A stretch of 64,000 nucleotides of DNA from Gammaproteobacteria bacterium (GCA_049591615.1 JBAWFD010000048.1:213-64212), one strand, 5' to 3'. Shown: positions 19,314 through 30,347, numbered from the stretch's first letter. Translations and numbers: made by a program. The notes: generated by a model not told the origin, from the sequence alone.

Positions 19314-20030
19314 ATGCTCTCCAGTAACGCCATACCACCCCAGGAACGGCTGATTTTCGCACTCGATGTGCCTGATGCCGGCAGCGCACGGCAATGGGTG
19401 GGACAACTGGGCGACAGCGTGCAATTCTACAAGCTGGGACTGGAACTGTTCATGGCCGGCGGCTATTTCGAGCTGCTGGATTGGTTGATCTCGCAACACA
19501 AGAAAGTGTTTGTGGACCTCAAGTTCTTCGACATCCCCGCCACCGTGCAGGCTGCAGTACACCGCTTATCTCAACGTGGCGCTACTTTCTGCACCGTGCA
19601 TGGCAACCAGGCCATCATGGAAGCGGCGGCACAGGCCAAGGGCGATCTCAAAATACTTGCGGTCACCGTGCTCACCAGCCTGGATCGCGGTGACCTGGAT
19701 GATCTAGGTTTTCACTGTGATGTAGAGCAACTGGTGCTGTCACGGGCGCGCCGCGCCCTGGAAGCGGGCTGTGACGGCGTGGTCTCCTCAGGTAAGGAAG
19801 CTTCGCGACTGCGCGCATTCATTGACCAGCGTTTGCTGGTGGTGACCCCCGGCATCCGTCCGGTGGATAACCGCCCCGACGATGACCAGAAACGCGCCGT
19901 GACCGTGGAGCAGGCCTTCCGCAATGGCGCCGATTACATCGTGGTGGGCCGCCCCATCCGCAACGCGCCGGATCCGCATACCACGGCTGAAAATATCCAA
20001 CGCACCATCGCTTCGATATTTCCCAAGTGA
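19314..20030 (+). CDS. pyrF: Orotidine 5'-phosphate decarboxylase
   Basis: LIFALDV...FYKLG...VDLKFFDIP is the OMP decarboxylase signature. Confidence 0.9.
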   Translation: MLSSNAIPPQERLIFALDVPDAGSARQWVGQLGDSVQFYKLGLELFMAGGYFELLDWLISQHKKVFVDLKFFDIPATVQAAVHRLSQRGATFCTVHGNQAIMEAAAQAKGDLKILAVTVLTSLDRGDLDDLGFHCDVEQLVLSRARRALEAGCDGVVSSGKEASRLRAFIDQRLLVVTPGIRPVDNRPDDDQKRAVTVEQAFRNGADYIVVGRPIRNAPDPHTTAENIQRTIASIFPK

Positions 20031-21097
20031 ACGGCACGCTGCTGAAGAATGATCTGCTGCTACGCGCACTGTTGCGTGAACCCACACCACGCACTCCGGT
20101 GTGGATCATGCGTCAGGCCGGACGTTATCTGCCGGAATACCGTGAAATCCGTGCGCGCGCCGGCAGCTTCATCGACCTCATGTGCACCCCGGAACTGGCC
20201 TGTGAAATCACGCTACAGCCCGTCAACCGCTTTCCGCTGGATGCTGCCATCCTGTTCTCCGACATCCTCACGATACCCGCCGCCATGGGACTGGGTCTGC
20301 ATTTCGTGGAAGGCGAAGGACCGAGCTTCGAACACCCGGTGCGCGATGCGGCCGCTGTCAGCAAACTGGGCGTACCGGATCCAGAACAGGAACTGGCCTA
20401 CGTACTCGATGCTGTACGGCTGATACGCAAGGAACTGGCCGGACGCTTGCCACTCATCGGCTTCGCTGGCAGTCCCTGGACACTCGCCTGCTATATGGTA
20501 GAAGGCGGCACCAGCAAGGAGTTCGCGCGTGTCAAAGGCATGCTGTATGCCGAACCAGCCTGTTTGCACCAATTGCTGACGCTGCTGGCGCGCAGCGTCG
20601 CCCTATATCTCAGTGCACAGATCGCCGCCGGCGCCCAGGCGGTTATGCTGTTCGACACTTGGGGGGGCATATTGACGGGCCCCACCTACATCGAATTTTC
20701 CCTGCAATACATGAGCAGCATCATCGGCCAGTTAACGCGTGAAAGTGAAGGCCGGCGAGTGCCGGTGATCCTGTTCACCAAGGGTGGCGGCGCCTGGCTG
20801 GAATCCATGACGGAAAGTGGAGTGGATGCACTCGGTATCGACTGGACTCAGGATCTGGGCGTTGCCCGACGCCGCGTAGGTAACAAAGTGGCGTTGCAGG
20901 GCAATATGGATCCTGCGGCACTGTACGCAGACCCAAAACGCATTCGTGAAGAAGTCGAAAACGTGCTACAGAGCTTCGGCAAGGGCAGCGGCCATGTATT
21001 CAACCTCGGCCACGGCATCGCCCCCGGCGTCAAACCCGAACACGCCGCCACTATGATCGCGGCGGTGCATGAACTGAGCCCGGCCTATCACAAGTGA
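20027..21097 (+). CDS. hemE: Uroporphyrinogen decarboxylase
   Basis: [15 protein letters not shown] is the HemE signature. The gene has a GTG start. Confidence 0.95.
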   Translation: MNGTLLKNDLLLRALLREPTPRTPVWIMRQAGRYLPEYREIRARAGSFIDLMCTPELACEITLQPVNRFPLDAAILFSDILTIPAAMGLGLHFVEGEGPSFEHPVRDAAAVSKLGVPDPEQELAYVLDAVRLIRKELAGRLPLIGFAGSPWTLACYMVEGGTSKEFARVKGMLYAEPACLHQLLTLLARSVALYLSAQIAAGAQAVMLFDTWGGILTGPTYIEFSLQYMSSIIGQLTRESEGRRVPVILFTKGGGAWLESMTESGVDALGIDWTQDLGVARRRVGNKVALQGNMDPAALYADPKRIREEVENVLQSFGKGSGHVFNLGHGIAPGVKPEHAATMIAAVHELSPAYHK

Positions 21098-21133
21098 CCG
21101 GATAAGGGTTATCAGGGCGGACGTCCATCTCAA

Positions 21134-22816
21134 TCAGTGTTGCTGTTTCTTGCGTTCCGCATCGCGTAATTCACGCCGCAGGATCTTGCCCACATTCGAT
21201 TTCGGTAGTTCATCGCGGAACTCGATGTACCTTGGACGCTTATAGCCAGTAAGTTCCTTATGGGCATATTCCCTGAGCGCCTCAACGGTAAGCGCCGGAT
21301 CTTTCTTTACAACAAATAGCTTCACCACTTCACCGGAATGCTCATCTTCCACCCCCACGGCCGCCACTTCGCGCACACCCGGATGCATCATCATCACATC
21401 TTCGACTTCGTTGGGATACACGTTAAATCCCGACACCAGGATCATGTCCTTCTTGCGATCGACGATATACACATAGCCGCGTGCATCGATGCGGCCCATA
21501 TCGCCAGTGCGCAGCCAGCCGTCGGCCGACAGCACCTTGGCGGTCTCGTCGGGACGGTTCCAGTAACCGCGCATCACCTGTGGACCTTTGAAACACAGCT
21601 CACCGACTTCGCCGATCTTGAGCTCGTTACCATCATCGTCGCGGATGGAAATATCCGTGGACGGGATCGGCAGACCGATGCTGCCGTTGTAGTCCTTGAG
21701 ATCCAGCGGGTTGATGCAGGCCGCCGGCGCCGTCTCCGTCAGGCCATAGGCCTCGACCAGAGTCACACCGGTGACCTGCTTCCATTTAGCCGCCACCGCC
21801 CGCTGCACCGCCATACCGCCGCCCAGCGAAATTTTGAGAGCGGAAAAATCCAGCTGCGCGAAAGCCGATGTATGCAACAATCCATTGAACAGCGTATTCA
21901 CGCCGGTGATGCCAGTGAACTTCACCCTGGACAGCTCCTTCACGAAACCCGGCAGGTCACGCGGGTTGGTGATCAGCACATTGTGTCCGCCGATCTTCAT
22001 AAAGGTCAGGCAGTTGGCGGTGAGCGAAAAGATGTGGTACAGGGGCAGCGCGGTGATGATGGTTTCCCTGCCATCCTCGAGATGGGGACTCAACCAGGCA
22101 TAGGCCTGCAGCACATTAGCCACCATGTTGCGATGGGTGAGTACTGCACCCTTGGCGACACCGGTGGTGCCGCCGGTGTATTGCAGGAAAGCAATATCCT
22201 CGTGGCCGACAGTCACCTCATCCAAGGTGTGCCGCCCACCCTGGGCCAGCGCTTCGCGCAATGAAACGGCACCTGAGATATACCAAGCCGGCACCATCCT
22301 CTTCACGCGCTTCACCACGAAATTTACCAGCGTGCGTTTCGGCAACGGCAACAGATCGCCGATCTGCGTAGTAACAACAGTTTTCACATCCACCTGCGGT
22401 AATGCTTCCTGCAGGGTCGCAGCGAAGTTCTCCACAATCACGATGGCATGTGCGCCGGAATCCTTGAGCTGGTGTTCAAGTTCGCGGGCGGTATATAAAG
22501 GATTGACATTCACCGCCACCATCCCGCAGCGCAGGATGCCGAACAGCGCCACTGGATACTGCAACAGGTTGGGCATCATGATGGCGACCCGGTCGCCCTT
22601 TTTGAGACCGGCGACTTTCTGCAGCCAGGCGCCGAATTCACGGCTCATGCGCTCCAAGTCCGCGTAGCTCAAGGTCGCACCTAGGTTGGAATAGGCCGGC
22701 AGCTCCGCATATCGACGGCAACTGTCCTCGAACACCGCCTTTAGGGACGAGAACTCATCCGGGTTGATCTCGGCAGGCACGCCTTGGGGATATTCTTTGA
22801 GCCAGATTTTATCCAT
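21134..22816 (-). CDS. fadD: Long-chain fatty acid--CoA ligase
   Basis: AMP-binding motif [14 protein letters not shown] and a C-terminal GKILRRELR. Confidence 0.9.
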   Translation of the reverse strand: MDKIWLKEYPQGVPAEINPDEFSSLKAVFEDSCRRYAELPAYSNLGATLSYADLERMSREFGAWLQKVAGLKKGDRVAIMMPNLLQYPVALFGILRCGMVAVNVNPLYTARELEHQLKDSGAHAIVIVENFAATLQEALPQVDVKTVVTTQIGDLLPLPKRTLVNFVVKRVKRMVPAWYISGAVSLREALAQGGRHTLDEVTVGHEDIAFLQYTGGTTGVAKGAVLTHRNMVANVLQAYAWLSPHLEDGRETIITALPLYHIFSLTANCLTFMKIGGHNVLITNPRDLPGFVKELSRVKFTGITGVNTLFNGLLHTSAFAQLDFSALKISLGGGMAVQRAVAAKWKQVTGVTLVEAYGLTETAPAACINPLDLKDYNGSIGLPIPSTDISIRDDDGNELKIGEVGELCFKGPQVMRGYWNRPDETAKVLSADGWLRTGDMGRIDARGYVYIVDRKKDMILVSGFNVYPNEVEDVMMMHPGVREVAAVGVEDEHSGEVVKLFVVKKDPALTVEALREYAHKELTGYKRPRYIEFRDELPKSNVGKILRRELRDAERKKQQH

Positions 22817-22949
22817 GGAACCCTCACGGACCTAGGGAATAGGACACTCTGCGGTAACAAGGTATAGCAGCCATCTGGGGGCGGCAAGCAGGCGCCAACC
22901 CGCTTCAAGGTAGAATCTCATTTACCCCCGTGCTGCAGCAGGATGACGG

Positions 22950-23729
22950 ATGCAAACGAGTACCACGCGTATTGCCTGGATTACCGGTGGCGGCTCCGGC
23001 ATCGGGCAAGCTCTGGCCCTAAAGCTGGCTCGCGAGGGCTGGACGGTGGCCATCTCCGGCCGTCGCTTGGAAGCCCTGCAGGAGACTGCACGACAGGCGG
23101 CTGGCAACATACATACCTATCCCCTGAATGTGGGCGATCTCGCGGCCATGCGCCAAGCAGCTGCACACATCGAATCCGAATTGGGGCCGATCGATCTGGC
23201 GGTGCTAAATGCGGGCTTCGGCCGCTTCGTAAAGCTCGATAACCTGCGCGCCGAGACCTTCGCAGCGCACATGCAGGTCAATTACCTGGGCGTGGTCAAC
23301 GGCATCGACGCAGTGCTGGCGTCTTTCCGGCATCGGCAAGCCGGGCATATCGTGATCGTGGCGAGTGTCGCCGGCTATCGCGGCCTGCCGCGGACTGCGG
23401 CTTACGGCCCCACCAAAGCCGCGCTTATCAACCTTGCGGAATCACTGTATTTCGATCTGCATCGCGAAGGCATCATGATCTCGGTCTGCAACCCGGGTTT
23501 CGTGAAGACCCCCATGACCGCCGAAAACCGCGCGAGCATGCCGTTCCTGATGGATCTCGATGACGCCTGCGACGCGTTGTATCACGGCATCATGCAACGG
23601 AAATTCGAGATCGCCTTCCCACGGCGTTTCGTGCTGCTGCTGAAACTATTCCGTTGTCTTCCCTACACGCTGTATTTTCCCATCATGCGCGCCTTTACCG
23701 GCGTCAATAAGAAATCACACCATGGCTGA
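22950..23729 (+). CDS. Short-chain dehydrogenase/reductase (SDR)
   Basis: TGGGSGIGQA cofactor motif and YGPTKAA (YxxxK) catalytic motif. Confidence 0.85.
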   Translation: MQTSTTRIAWITGGGSGIGQALALKLAREGWTVAISGRRLEALQETARQAAGNIHTYPLNVGDLAAMRQAAAHIESELGPIDLAVLNAGFGRFVKLDNLRAETFAAHMQVNYLGVVNGIDAVLASFRHRQAGHIVIVASVAGYRGLPRTAAYGPTKAALINLAESLYFDLHREGIMISVCNPGFVKTPMTAENRASMPFLMDLDDACDALYHGIMQRKFEIAFPRRFVLLLKLFRCLPYTLYFPIMRAFTGVNKKSHHG

Positions 23730-24198
23730 AAAACCTACGGTTCATCATTATCATGCGGTCTGCAACTGGACAGGCAGCACCGGCGCGGGTTATGAAATCT
23801 ACGATCGCAGCCATCGGGTAAACGCGCCGCCGGCGCACACTGCTGTCGAAATGTCATCCGATCCGGCCTTTCGCGGTAAGTCGGAATTACTCAACCCGGA
23901 ACAACTGCTGCTGATGGCGGCGGCGTCCTGCCAAATGCTCTCGTTCCTGGCCATCGCGGCGCGCTCACGTCTGGACGTGGTGGAATACCGGGATCAGGCC
24001 GAGGCTTTCATGCCCGAGGCTGACAAACCAGTGCGCATCACGCGCATCATTTTGAAGCCACGGGTGGTTCTCAAAGGCGAGGTGGATGAAGAGCGCGTGC
24101 GCCAGTGCCTGCATAAAGCCCACGAACACTGCTTTATCGCCAACAGTCTCAAGACTGCCATGGAGATCGTCCCGGAGATCATCATCCGCCCTGCCTGA
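23722..24198 (+). CDS. OsmC/Ohr family peroxiredoxin-like protein
   Basis: It has the paired Cys contexts typical of OsmC (AAASCQML, HEHCFIANS) and overlaps the SDR gene. Confidence 0.8.
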   Translation: MAEKPTVHHYHAVCNWTGSTGAGYEIYDRSHRVNAPPAHTAVEMSSDPAFRGKSELLNPEQLLLMAAASCQMLSFLAIAARSRLDVVEYRDQAEAFMPEADKPVRITRIILKPRVVLKGEVDEERVRQCLHKAHEHCFIANSLKTAMEIVPEIIIRPA

Positions 24199-24223
24199 TG
24201 GCGGCTGCAGTAGATAGCCAACG

Positions 24224-24913
24224 CTAGTGACCGGTCAGCCAGGCTTGCAGGAAATCAGTGGATTGACGCGCCAGTGCGGGCGCTAGACGTACCGCATCCT
24301 CACGCAACTTCGCAGGTGATAGTCCATGCGAGCGTAACTCGCCCGTGTGGCCCACATACCACTGTTCGAGGCCTCTGGAGGTCACTTCCGGATGAAACTG
24401 CAGACCCAAGAGTGAACTACCCAGGGAGAATGCCTGATTCGGACACAGGTCGGTGGACGCCAGATGCCGGGCACCGGCCGGCAGATCGAAGCTCTCGCCG
24501 TGCCAATGAAACACCGGCTTGCTGAAATGCTGCAGCGAGGAATCTTGCCCGGCGTTGGTCAGGGTCAGGGATTTCCAACCGATCTCAACACTGCGACTTT
24601 TATGGATGCGTGTGCCTAGCGCATGCGCCATGAGTTGGGCACCCAGGCAGATGCCCAGCGTCGGGACCTGCTGTTTGAGGCGCAGTTCCAGCAGGCGCAG
24701 TTCATGCGTGAGGAACGGATAATCGTTCTGTTCATTGACGCCGAGGGGCCCGCCCAATACCACCACCAAATCCCACTGGGCCTGAGCGATACGTACGAAA
24801 TCCGCCGTGGGCGCATCCAGGTAGCGGACCGCATACCCGGATTCAGTAAGCGGCGCTTCCAGGCATCCCAGATCCTCGAAGGGCACATGGCGGATGGCGA
24901 GCAGTGATTTCAT
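24224..24913 (-). CDS. Class I glutamine amidotransferase
   Basis: Nucleophile elbow GICLGAQLMA and a C-terminal HPE motif. Confidence 0.8.
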   Translation of the reverse strand: MKSLLAIRHVPFEDLGCLEAPLTESGYAVRYLDAPTADFVRIAQAQWDLVVVLGGPLGVNEQNDYPFLTHELRLLELRLKQQVPTLGICLGAQLMAHALGTRIHKSRSVEIGWKSLTLTNAGQDSSLQHFSKPVFHWHGESFDLPAGARHLASTDLCPNQAFSLGSSLLGLQFHPEVTSRGLEQWYVGHTGELRSHGLSPAKLREDAVRLAPALARQSTDFLQAWLTGH

Positions 24914-25023
24914 ATGACCTATTTTAGCTGCAGCGATTGCTTTATCTGGCAGCCGGGATTATGCAAAGAACCTAGCGTGCTTAGACCGCGCACACGTTCG
25001 ACGGGCGGTCTTATACTGTTAGC

Positions 25024-25479
25024 ATGTCAGCCGCCCGCACGCACCTCTCCGCCGGGGTAGTGGTACTGCGCGATACGCAGGACGGCCGCCGTTTCCTGCT
25101 ATTGCGTGCCTACAGCTATTGGGATTTCCCCAAGGGCGCCGTGGAACCCGGCGAAACGCCGCTGCAGGCGGCCATCCGGGAAGTCCAGGAGGAAACCGGC
25201 CTCCACGATCTGGAATTCCAATGGGGCGAAACCTATCGGGAAACTGAGCCCTACAACCGAGGCAAGGTCGCGCGTTACTACCTGGCATCCAGCCGGGAAG
25301 AGGAAGTCACGCTGATGGCCAATCCCGAGACCGGCGTCCATGAGCACATCGAATACCGCTGGGTAAACTATGCGCAGGCGCTCAAGCTCGTCACCCCGAG
25401 GGTCAAACTGATCCTAGACTGGGGGGATACGCTTGCCAGTGAACAACATCCGAGAAAGGCTGGCGCCACGCGCGATTGA
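25024..25479 (+). CDS. NUDIX hydrolase
   Basis: Nudix box GAVEPGETPLQAAIREVQEETG. Confidence 0.8.
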   Translation: MSAARTHLSAGVVVLRDTQDGRRFLLLRAYSYWDFPKGAVEPGETPLQAAIREVQEETGLHDLEFQWGETYRETEPYNRGKVARYYLASSREEEVTLMANPETGVHEHIEYRWVNYAQALKLVTPRVKLILDWGDTLASEQHPRKAGATRD

Positions 25480-25498
25480 AGTAGCGGGACCAAAACGC

Positions 25499-26122
25499 TT
25501 ATTTCAACATGGCCACAAGTTTTACCCAAACGTTATTTAGCACTTGGTGCTCGGCGGGGGCCAGGGGATGCATGCCATCCGCCTGCAGCATCTCCCGATG
25601 CTGAGCCACACCCTCCAGCAGGAACGGCACCAGTGGTACGTGATAATCTTTTGCCAGCCGGGGATACACAGCCGCGAAACTTTGGGTGTATTCCGGTCCA
25701 AAATTCGGCGGTAACAATATCCCCAGCAGTAATACTCGTGCGCCAGCCTGCTTCGAGAGCACGATCATTTTCGCGAGGTTTGCCTGCAAGACGGTAACCG
25801 GCAGGCCGCGCAGGCCATCGTTGGCGCCCAGCTCTAGGATCACGATGGCGGGTTTATGCCGGACGAGTTCCACCGGCAGTCGCGTCAACCCCTGGGCCGA
25901 GGTGTCGCCACTGACGCTGGCGTTGACCACGCGGTAAGCATTGGCGCGTGTCTTGAGGCGCTCTGCCAACAACGCTACCCAGCCCTGGGAAGTTTCGATA
26001 CCGTAGGCAGCACTCAAGCTGTCGCCCATCACCAGGATCACGGGTGCTGAAGCCGCTCTGGCCGCGATCGATACAGAACAACACACCAGTCCGATAAGAA
26101 GGAATCGTTTCGATATGCCCAA
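25499..26122 (-). CDS. tesA: SGNH/GDSL arylesterase-thioesterase (TesA-like), secreted
   Basis: GDSLSAAYG, GANDG and DGMHP blocks. The track ORF runs to 26278, but that extension overlaps ybbA. I place the start at TTG 26122, which gives a signal peptide MGISKRFLLIGLVCCSVSIAARA. The exact start is uncertain. Confidence 0.75.
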   Translation of the reverse strand: MGISKRFLLIGLVCCSVSIAARAASAPVILVMGDSLSAAYGIETSQGWVALLAERLKTRANAYRVVNASVSGDTSAQGLTRLPVELVRHKPAIVILELGANDGLRGLPVTVLQANLAKMIVLSKQAGARVLLLGILLPPNFGPEYTQSFAAVYPRLAKDYHVPLVPFLLEGVAQHREMLQADGMHPLAPAEHQVLNNVWVKLVAMLK

Positions 26123-26807
26123 GGAATCTCCTGATACAGCGCTGCTGCGCACCGAGCGTCTGGGCAAACAGGTTACCAGCCCGGATGGCGCACTGACCAT
26201 CCTTGAGGATGTCTCGCTGCTGATCCAACACGGTGAATCGGTGGCCATCGTAGGCCCATCCGGTTCCGGCAAATCCACCTTGCTGGGTCTGATGGCGGGA
26301 CTGGATGTGCCCAGCAGTGGTCGTGTATGGCTGAACGGCGAGAATCTTGGTGCCCTGGACGAAGACAGCCGCGCGGCACGGCGCGCGCGCCAGATCGGAT
26401 TCGTGTTCCAGTCGTTTCATCTACTGCCCGGACTGACGGCGCTGGAAAACGTGATGTTGCCGCTGGAACTGAATACCCAACCGCACCCGGCGCAGAGCGC
26501 ACGCGCGGTGCTGGCGGCCGTGGGTCTCGCGGAACGCGCTGATTATTATCCGCAGAAACTCTCCGGCGGCGAGCAGCAACGCGTGGCTATCGCCCGCGCC
26601 TATGCCGGCGAGCCGCAGATCCTGTTCGCCGACGAACCCACCGGCAACTTGGACGCCACCACCGGCCATCTCATCATCGAGCTGCTGTTTCGCCTGAACC
26701 GCGAGCACCACGCGACTTTGGTATTGGTAACTCACGATACCGAGCTGGCATCGCGCTGTGACCGCATCCTGAATCTGCATGCCGGGCGGCTGGTGCCAAC
26801 CGCATGA
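26115..26807 (+). CDS. ybbA: ABC transporter ATP-binding protein (YbbA/LolD-like)
   Basis: Walker A GPSGSGKST, signature LSGGEQQRV, Walker B ILFADEP. Confidence 0.85.
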   Translation: MPKESPDTALLRTERLGKQVTSPDGALTILEDVSLLIQHGESVAIVGPSGSGKSTLLGLMAGLDVPSSGRVWLNGENLGALDEDSRAARRARQIGFVFQSFHLLPGLTALENVMLPLELNTQPHPAQSARAVLAAVGLAERADYYPQKLSGGEQQRVAIARAYAGEPQILFADEPTGNLDATTGHLIIELLFRLNREHHATLVLVTHDTELASRCDRILNLHAGRLVPTA

Positions 26808-29293
26808 TGCTGCTGCGTCTGTCTCTGCGACAGTTCCAGCGTGGTCTGCGCAGCGGTGAACTGCAGGTCATGGGCCTGGCACTGGCACTGGCGCTGGCAG
26901 CGGTCAGTGCCGTGGGATTTTTCACCGACCGTGTGCATACCGCGGTGCAGGAGCAGGCCGGCGAGAGCTTGGCAGCCGACCTGGTGCTGTCTTCGGGAGA
27001 ACCGCTGGCTGCGCGCTTCACACAGATTGCAGTGAAAGCCGGCGCGCGCACCGCGCAAGTGATGGATTTCCCCACGGTGCTGTTCAACGGCAATAACACG
27101 GTGCTCACGGATATCCATGCTGTCAGTCTGGATTACCCGTTGCGCGGCCGAGTGCGCGTCAGCGAACAGCCCTTCGGTTCAGCACATGTCGTTCATGGTA
27201 TTCCCGCAAGCGGCACTGTGTGGGTGGAAGCGCGTGTGCTCACCACTCTGGGATTTCAAGTGGGCGACACCGTGCAGATCGGTAAACTCAAGGCGCGCAT
27301 CGCAGCTGTGATCGCCTATCTGCCCGATGGTGGGTTCGGATTCTCGTCCCTGGCGCCTAAGGTGCTATTGAACTATGCAGACCTGCCGGCCACCGGCCTG
27401 GTGAACAGCAACTCGCGGGTGCGCTACCGCCTACTCATGGCCGGTAGTCCAGAGGTAATCGCCGGCCTGGAAAAAAATCTGGATAAGCAACTGCCCATCG
27501 GCGTAGAGATTCAGGATGTGCGCGACAGCCGCCGAGAGCTGGTGGAGGCCACCGACAGTGCGCAGCGGTTTCTGGCGCTGGCGGCGCTGGTGAGCGTACT
27601 GGTATCGGCTGTCGCCATGATCCTGGCGGCCCGCCGCTATGCTACCCACTCCACCGATACCGCCGCAGTACTCAAATGCTTGGGGCTTACGCGTAGACGC
27701 GTGCAGACCCTGCTATTGCTGGAGCTTCTGTGGTTGGGAATTTTGGCGGGTACTATCGGCGTGCTAATCGGATTCCTGGCTCAGTACGGTCTGGTGGCGG
27801 CACTCAAGGGTCTGTTGCCGGCTGATCTACCGACCGCCTCGCTTACCCCGGCCCTGTCCGCATTCGGGATCGGCATCGTCCTACTGGTCGGATTTGCGTT
27901 GCCACCACTCATGCGGCTCGGAGACACACCGCCGGCACGCGTGCTACGCCGTGATCTCGTGCCGCCGCCAGTGCGCACCTATGTGATCTATGCGGCTGCG
28001 ATATTCGCCACCCTGGCACTGACCTGGTGGCAGGTGCGAGAACTGCGCCTGACACTCTACGTGCTGCTGGGTCTGGTCATCACGGTCGCCGTGCTGGCAC
28101 TGGGCGCGCTGCTGTTACTGGCAGCGCTCCGGCCTTTGCGTCACGGGGCCGGCATCGGCTGGCGTTACGGCCTCGCCAACCTCAACCGTCACCGGCGCGA
28201 TGCGCTCATCCAGATGGTGGCCTTCGGCATCGGTATCATGGTGCTGTTGCTGCTGGGACTGGTACGCGGCAACCTGCTGTCGAGTTGGCGCACCTCGCTG
28301 CCGGCAGATGCACCCAACCAGTTCATCATCAACATCCAGCCCGATGAGCGCAGTACCGTACAGAATTTCTTCACCAGCCACGAGCTTCCTGCGCCCGCGC
28401 TCTATCCCATCGTGCGCGCCCGTCTCACCGCCATCAACGGCGTGGATGTCAGCCAGATCCATTACGCCGATCCGCGTGCCCAGCACATGCTCAACCGTGA
28501 GGCCAATCTGAGCTGGTCGGAAAACCTGCCCGCCGCTAACACCATCACCGCGGGCCACTGGTGGAATGCTACAGAAGCAAAACAACCGCTCGCTTCACTG
28601 GAAGAAGATTTCGCCAAGCAGCTCAAGTTGAATGTCGGCGATAGATTGACTTTCGATATCGGCGGTACGCCCACTGTCGTAAGCATCGCCAGCCTGCGCA
28701 ACGTCCGCTGGGATTCATTCCAGCCGAACTTCTTCGTGGAGCTTTCCCCTGGCGCACTCTCCGGCTATCCCGCCACCTGGATCACCAGCGTGTATCTGCC
28801 GCCGCAGAAAGCCGTCATATTGGCAAACCTGGTGCGACAACTGCCGTCCCTCACGATCTTCGATGTGGATGCCATCCTCCAGCAGGTGCGGCAACTCATG
28901 GATCAGGCTTCGCTGGCAGTGGAATACGTATTCCTGTTCACCCTCGGCGCCGGGATCGTGGTGCTGCTGGCCGCGGTGCAGGCCACCCGCGACGAGCGCC
29001 GCTTCGAAGCGGCCGTACTGCGCGCCTTGGGCGCCTCGCGCCGTCTACTACGCTCCGCCACGGCGACCGAATATGCGGCTTTGGGGTTCGTGGCTGGGCT
29101 ACTGGGCGCCCTGACCGCCTCCCTAGTAGCTTGGTTGCTCGCCAGCCGCGTGTTCTCGCTGGCCTATCACCCGGATTGGCGTGTATGGGCCACTGGCATC
29201 ATCGCCGGCACATTGATCGTCGGTTTGAGCGGTTTATTGGCGAATCGGCGCATCCTGAATACGCCGCCGGTGGAGACATTACGCGAGACTTAG
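26804..29293 (+). CDS. ybbP: FtsX-family ABC transporter permease (YbbP-like, two FtsX domains)
   Basis: 829 aa, multi-TM, coupled to ybbA by an ATGA overlap. The conserved tesA/ybbA/ybbP arrangement supports the call. Confidence 0.85.
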   Translation: MMLLRLSLRQFQRGLRSGELQVMGLALALALAAVSAVGFFTDRVHTAVQEQAGESLAADLVLSSGEPLAARFTQIAVKAGARTAQVMDFPTVLFNGNNTVLTDIHAVSLDYPLRGRVRVSEQPFGSAHVVHGIPASGTVWVEARVLTTLGFQVGDTVQIGKLKARIAAVIAYLPDGGFGFSSLAPKVLLNYADLPATGLVNSNSRVRYRLLMAGSPEVIAGLEKNLDKQLPIGVEIQDVRDSRRELVEATDSAQRFLALAALVSVLVSAVAMILAARRYATHSTDTAAVLKCLGLTRRRVQTLLLLELLWLGILAGTIGVLIGFLAQYGLVAALKGLLPADLPTASLTPALSAFGIGIVLLVGFALPPLMRLGDTPPARVLRRDLVPPPVRTYVIYAAAIFATLALTWWQVRELRLTLYVLLGLVITVAVLALGALLLLAALRPLRHGAGIGWRYGLANLNRHRRDALIQMVAFGIGIMVLLLLGLVRGNLLSSWRTSLPADAPNQFIINIQPDERSTVQNFFTSHELPAPALYPIVRARLTAINGVDVSQIHYADPRAQHMLNREANLSWSENLPAANTITAGHWWNATEAKQPLASLEEDFAKQLKLNVGDRLTFDIGGTPTVVSIASLRNVRWDSFQPNFFVELSPGALSGYPATWITSVYLPPQKAVILANLVRQLPSLTIFDVDAILQQVRQLMDQASLAVEYVFLFTLGAGIVVLLAAVQATRDERRFEAAVLRALGASRRLLRSATATEYAALGFVAGLLGALTASLVAWLLASRVFSLAYHPDWRVWATGIIAGTLIVGLSGLLANRRILNTPPVETLRET
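28994..29293 (+). repeat. Direct repeat copy A (the functional 3' end of ybbP)
   Basis: It aligns by hand to 30348-30637 at roughly three quarters nucleotide identity. Both copies end at a stop codon. The longest identical run is the 17 nt TTGATCGTCGGTTTGAG at 29213-29229. Confidence 0.85.
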
Positions 29294-30347
29294 CGTGGAG
29301 CAGTCACGAAATCACGCTTTACAGTCAAAGGCCGCTTCGGCACCCTACGGCGGTCATTCGGGAAGTCCAACCTAAATGCTCTTTCGACTCCGAGAAACGA
29401 ATAAAATGCTGACCGAAAAAAAACAATACTCCTTCCTCTGGGAAGATTATGAGTTGATCGATGCAGGCGGTGGGAAAAAACTCGAGCGCTTTGGCAAAAC
29501 AATATTGATTCGCCCCGAGTTACAAGCTTATTTTAAACCCGTAATGCCTCTTGCCAAGTGGAACGAAATGGCAAATTGGGAATTTGTGGAAAGTTCAAAA
29601 AGCAAAGGCGCTTGGAAAAACCTTCAAAACGATGAAAACGCTTCGCGTCAATGGGACATTAAATTTGAAGGTTTGCATTTCAATTTAAAATTGACCAAAT
29701 ACAAACACGTTGGACTTTTTCCTGAGCAAGCTTCCAATTGGAGATTCATAAAGGAAAACATCAATAACGATCATAAATTTCTTAATCTTTTTGCCTATAC
29801 AGGTGCAGCCTCCATTATTGCGAATAAACAAGGCGCCGAGGTATATCACGTTGATGCTGTTCAACAAGTGATCACCTGGGCGAAAGAAAACATGTTATCC
29901 AGTAACTTATCTGGAATAAAATGGGTCTTGGAAGATGCTTTAAAATTTGCGCAACGCGAAGTCAAAAGGGCCAACCAGTACAACGGAATCATCATGGATC
30001 CTCCTGCTTATGGCTTGGGTGCGAAAGGCGAAAAATGGATTTTAGAAGACAAATTACCCAAACTTCTAGAGGCAGGTTCAAAACTATTAAACAAAAGTGG
30101 CTTCTTGATCGTCAATACTTATTCTCCAAAACTGACCTTGAAATTGCTCGAAAGAATGGCCCTTCGCCATTTTGATCCACTAGACACCACTCTTTCAGAG
30201 TTATGGATAAAAGCCAAAACTGGCAAAGCTTTATTTTTTGGCAATATTCTGAAAATTCGGAAAAAATAAAACATACCACGGCAGATTCAACAATGAATTG
30301 CGACACTTGGAGGAGGCGAAAAAGACCTCGCTCGGTGTTTTGAATCC
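29294..30347. mobile_element. Putative horizontally acquired cassette (one gene, no recombinase) between the two ybbP 3'-end copies
   Basis: The segment is bracketed by diverged direct repeats. Its coding part is visibly AT-rich: sampled 60-nt lines gave 32% and 45% GC, against high-50s GC in the flanks. Confidence 0.45.
29406..30269 (+). CDS. Class I SAM-dependent methyltransferase, RlmI/RlmK-like catalytic domain without PUA domain
   Basis: MLTEKKQYSFLWEDYELIDAGGGKKLERFG...FAYTGAAS...IIMDPPAYG (DPPxxG-type motif IV). I prefer ATG 29406 over the track start at 29376. Confidence 0.8.
   Translation: MLTEKKQYSFLWEDYELIDAGGGKKLERFGKTILIRPELQAYFKPVMPLAKWNEMANWEFVESSKSKGAWKNLQNDENASRQWDIKFEGLHFNLKLTKYKHVGLFPEQASNWRFIKENINNDHKFLNLFAYTGAASIIANKQGAEVYHVDAVQQVITWAKENMLSSNLSGIKWVLEDALKFAQREVKRANQYNGIIMDPPAYGLGAKGEKWILEDKLPKLLEAGSKLLNKSGFLIVNTYSPKLTLKLLERMALRHFDPLDTTLSELWIKAKTGKALFFGNILKIRKK

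Noticed and set aside
21338-22264. Long antisense ORFs inside real genes. Examples are 21338..22264 in fadD, 39627..40253 in the ada-alkA gene, 42276..42914 in the DHS-like gene, 53882..54541 in pntAA, and 5865..6359 and 5975..6415 across rpmE.
   Set aside because: Their translations are low-complexity and R/G/A/H-rich with no recognisable motifs. They lie opposite strongly supported genes. Stop-free antisense frames are expected at this GC content.
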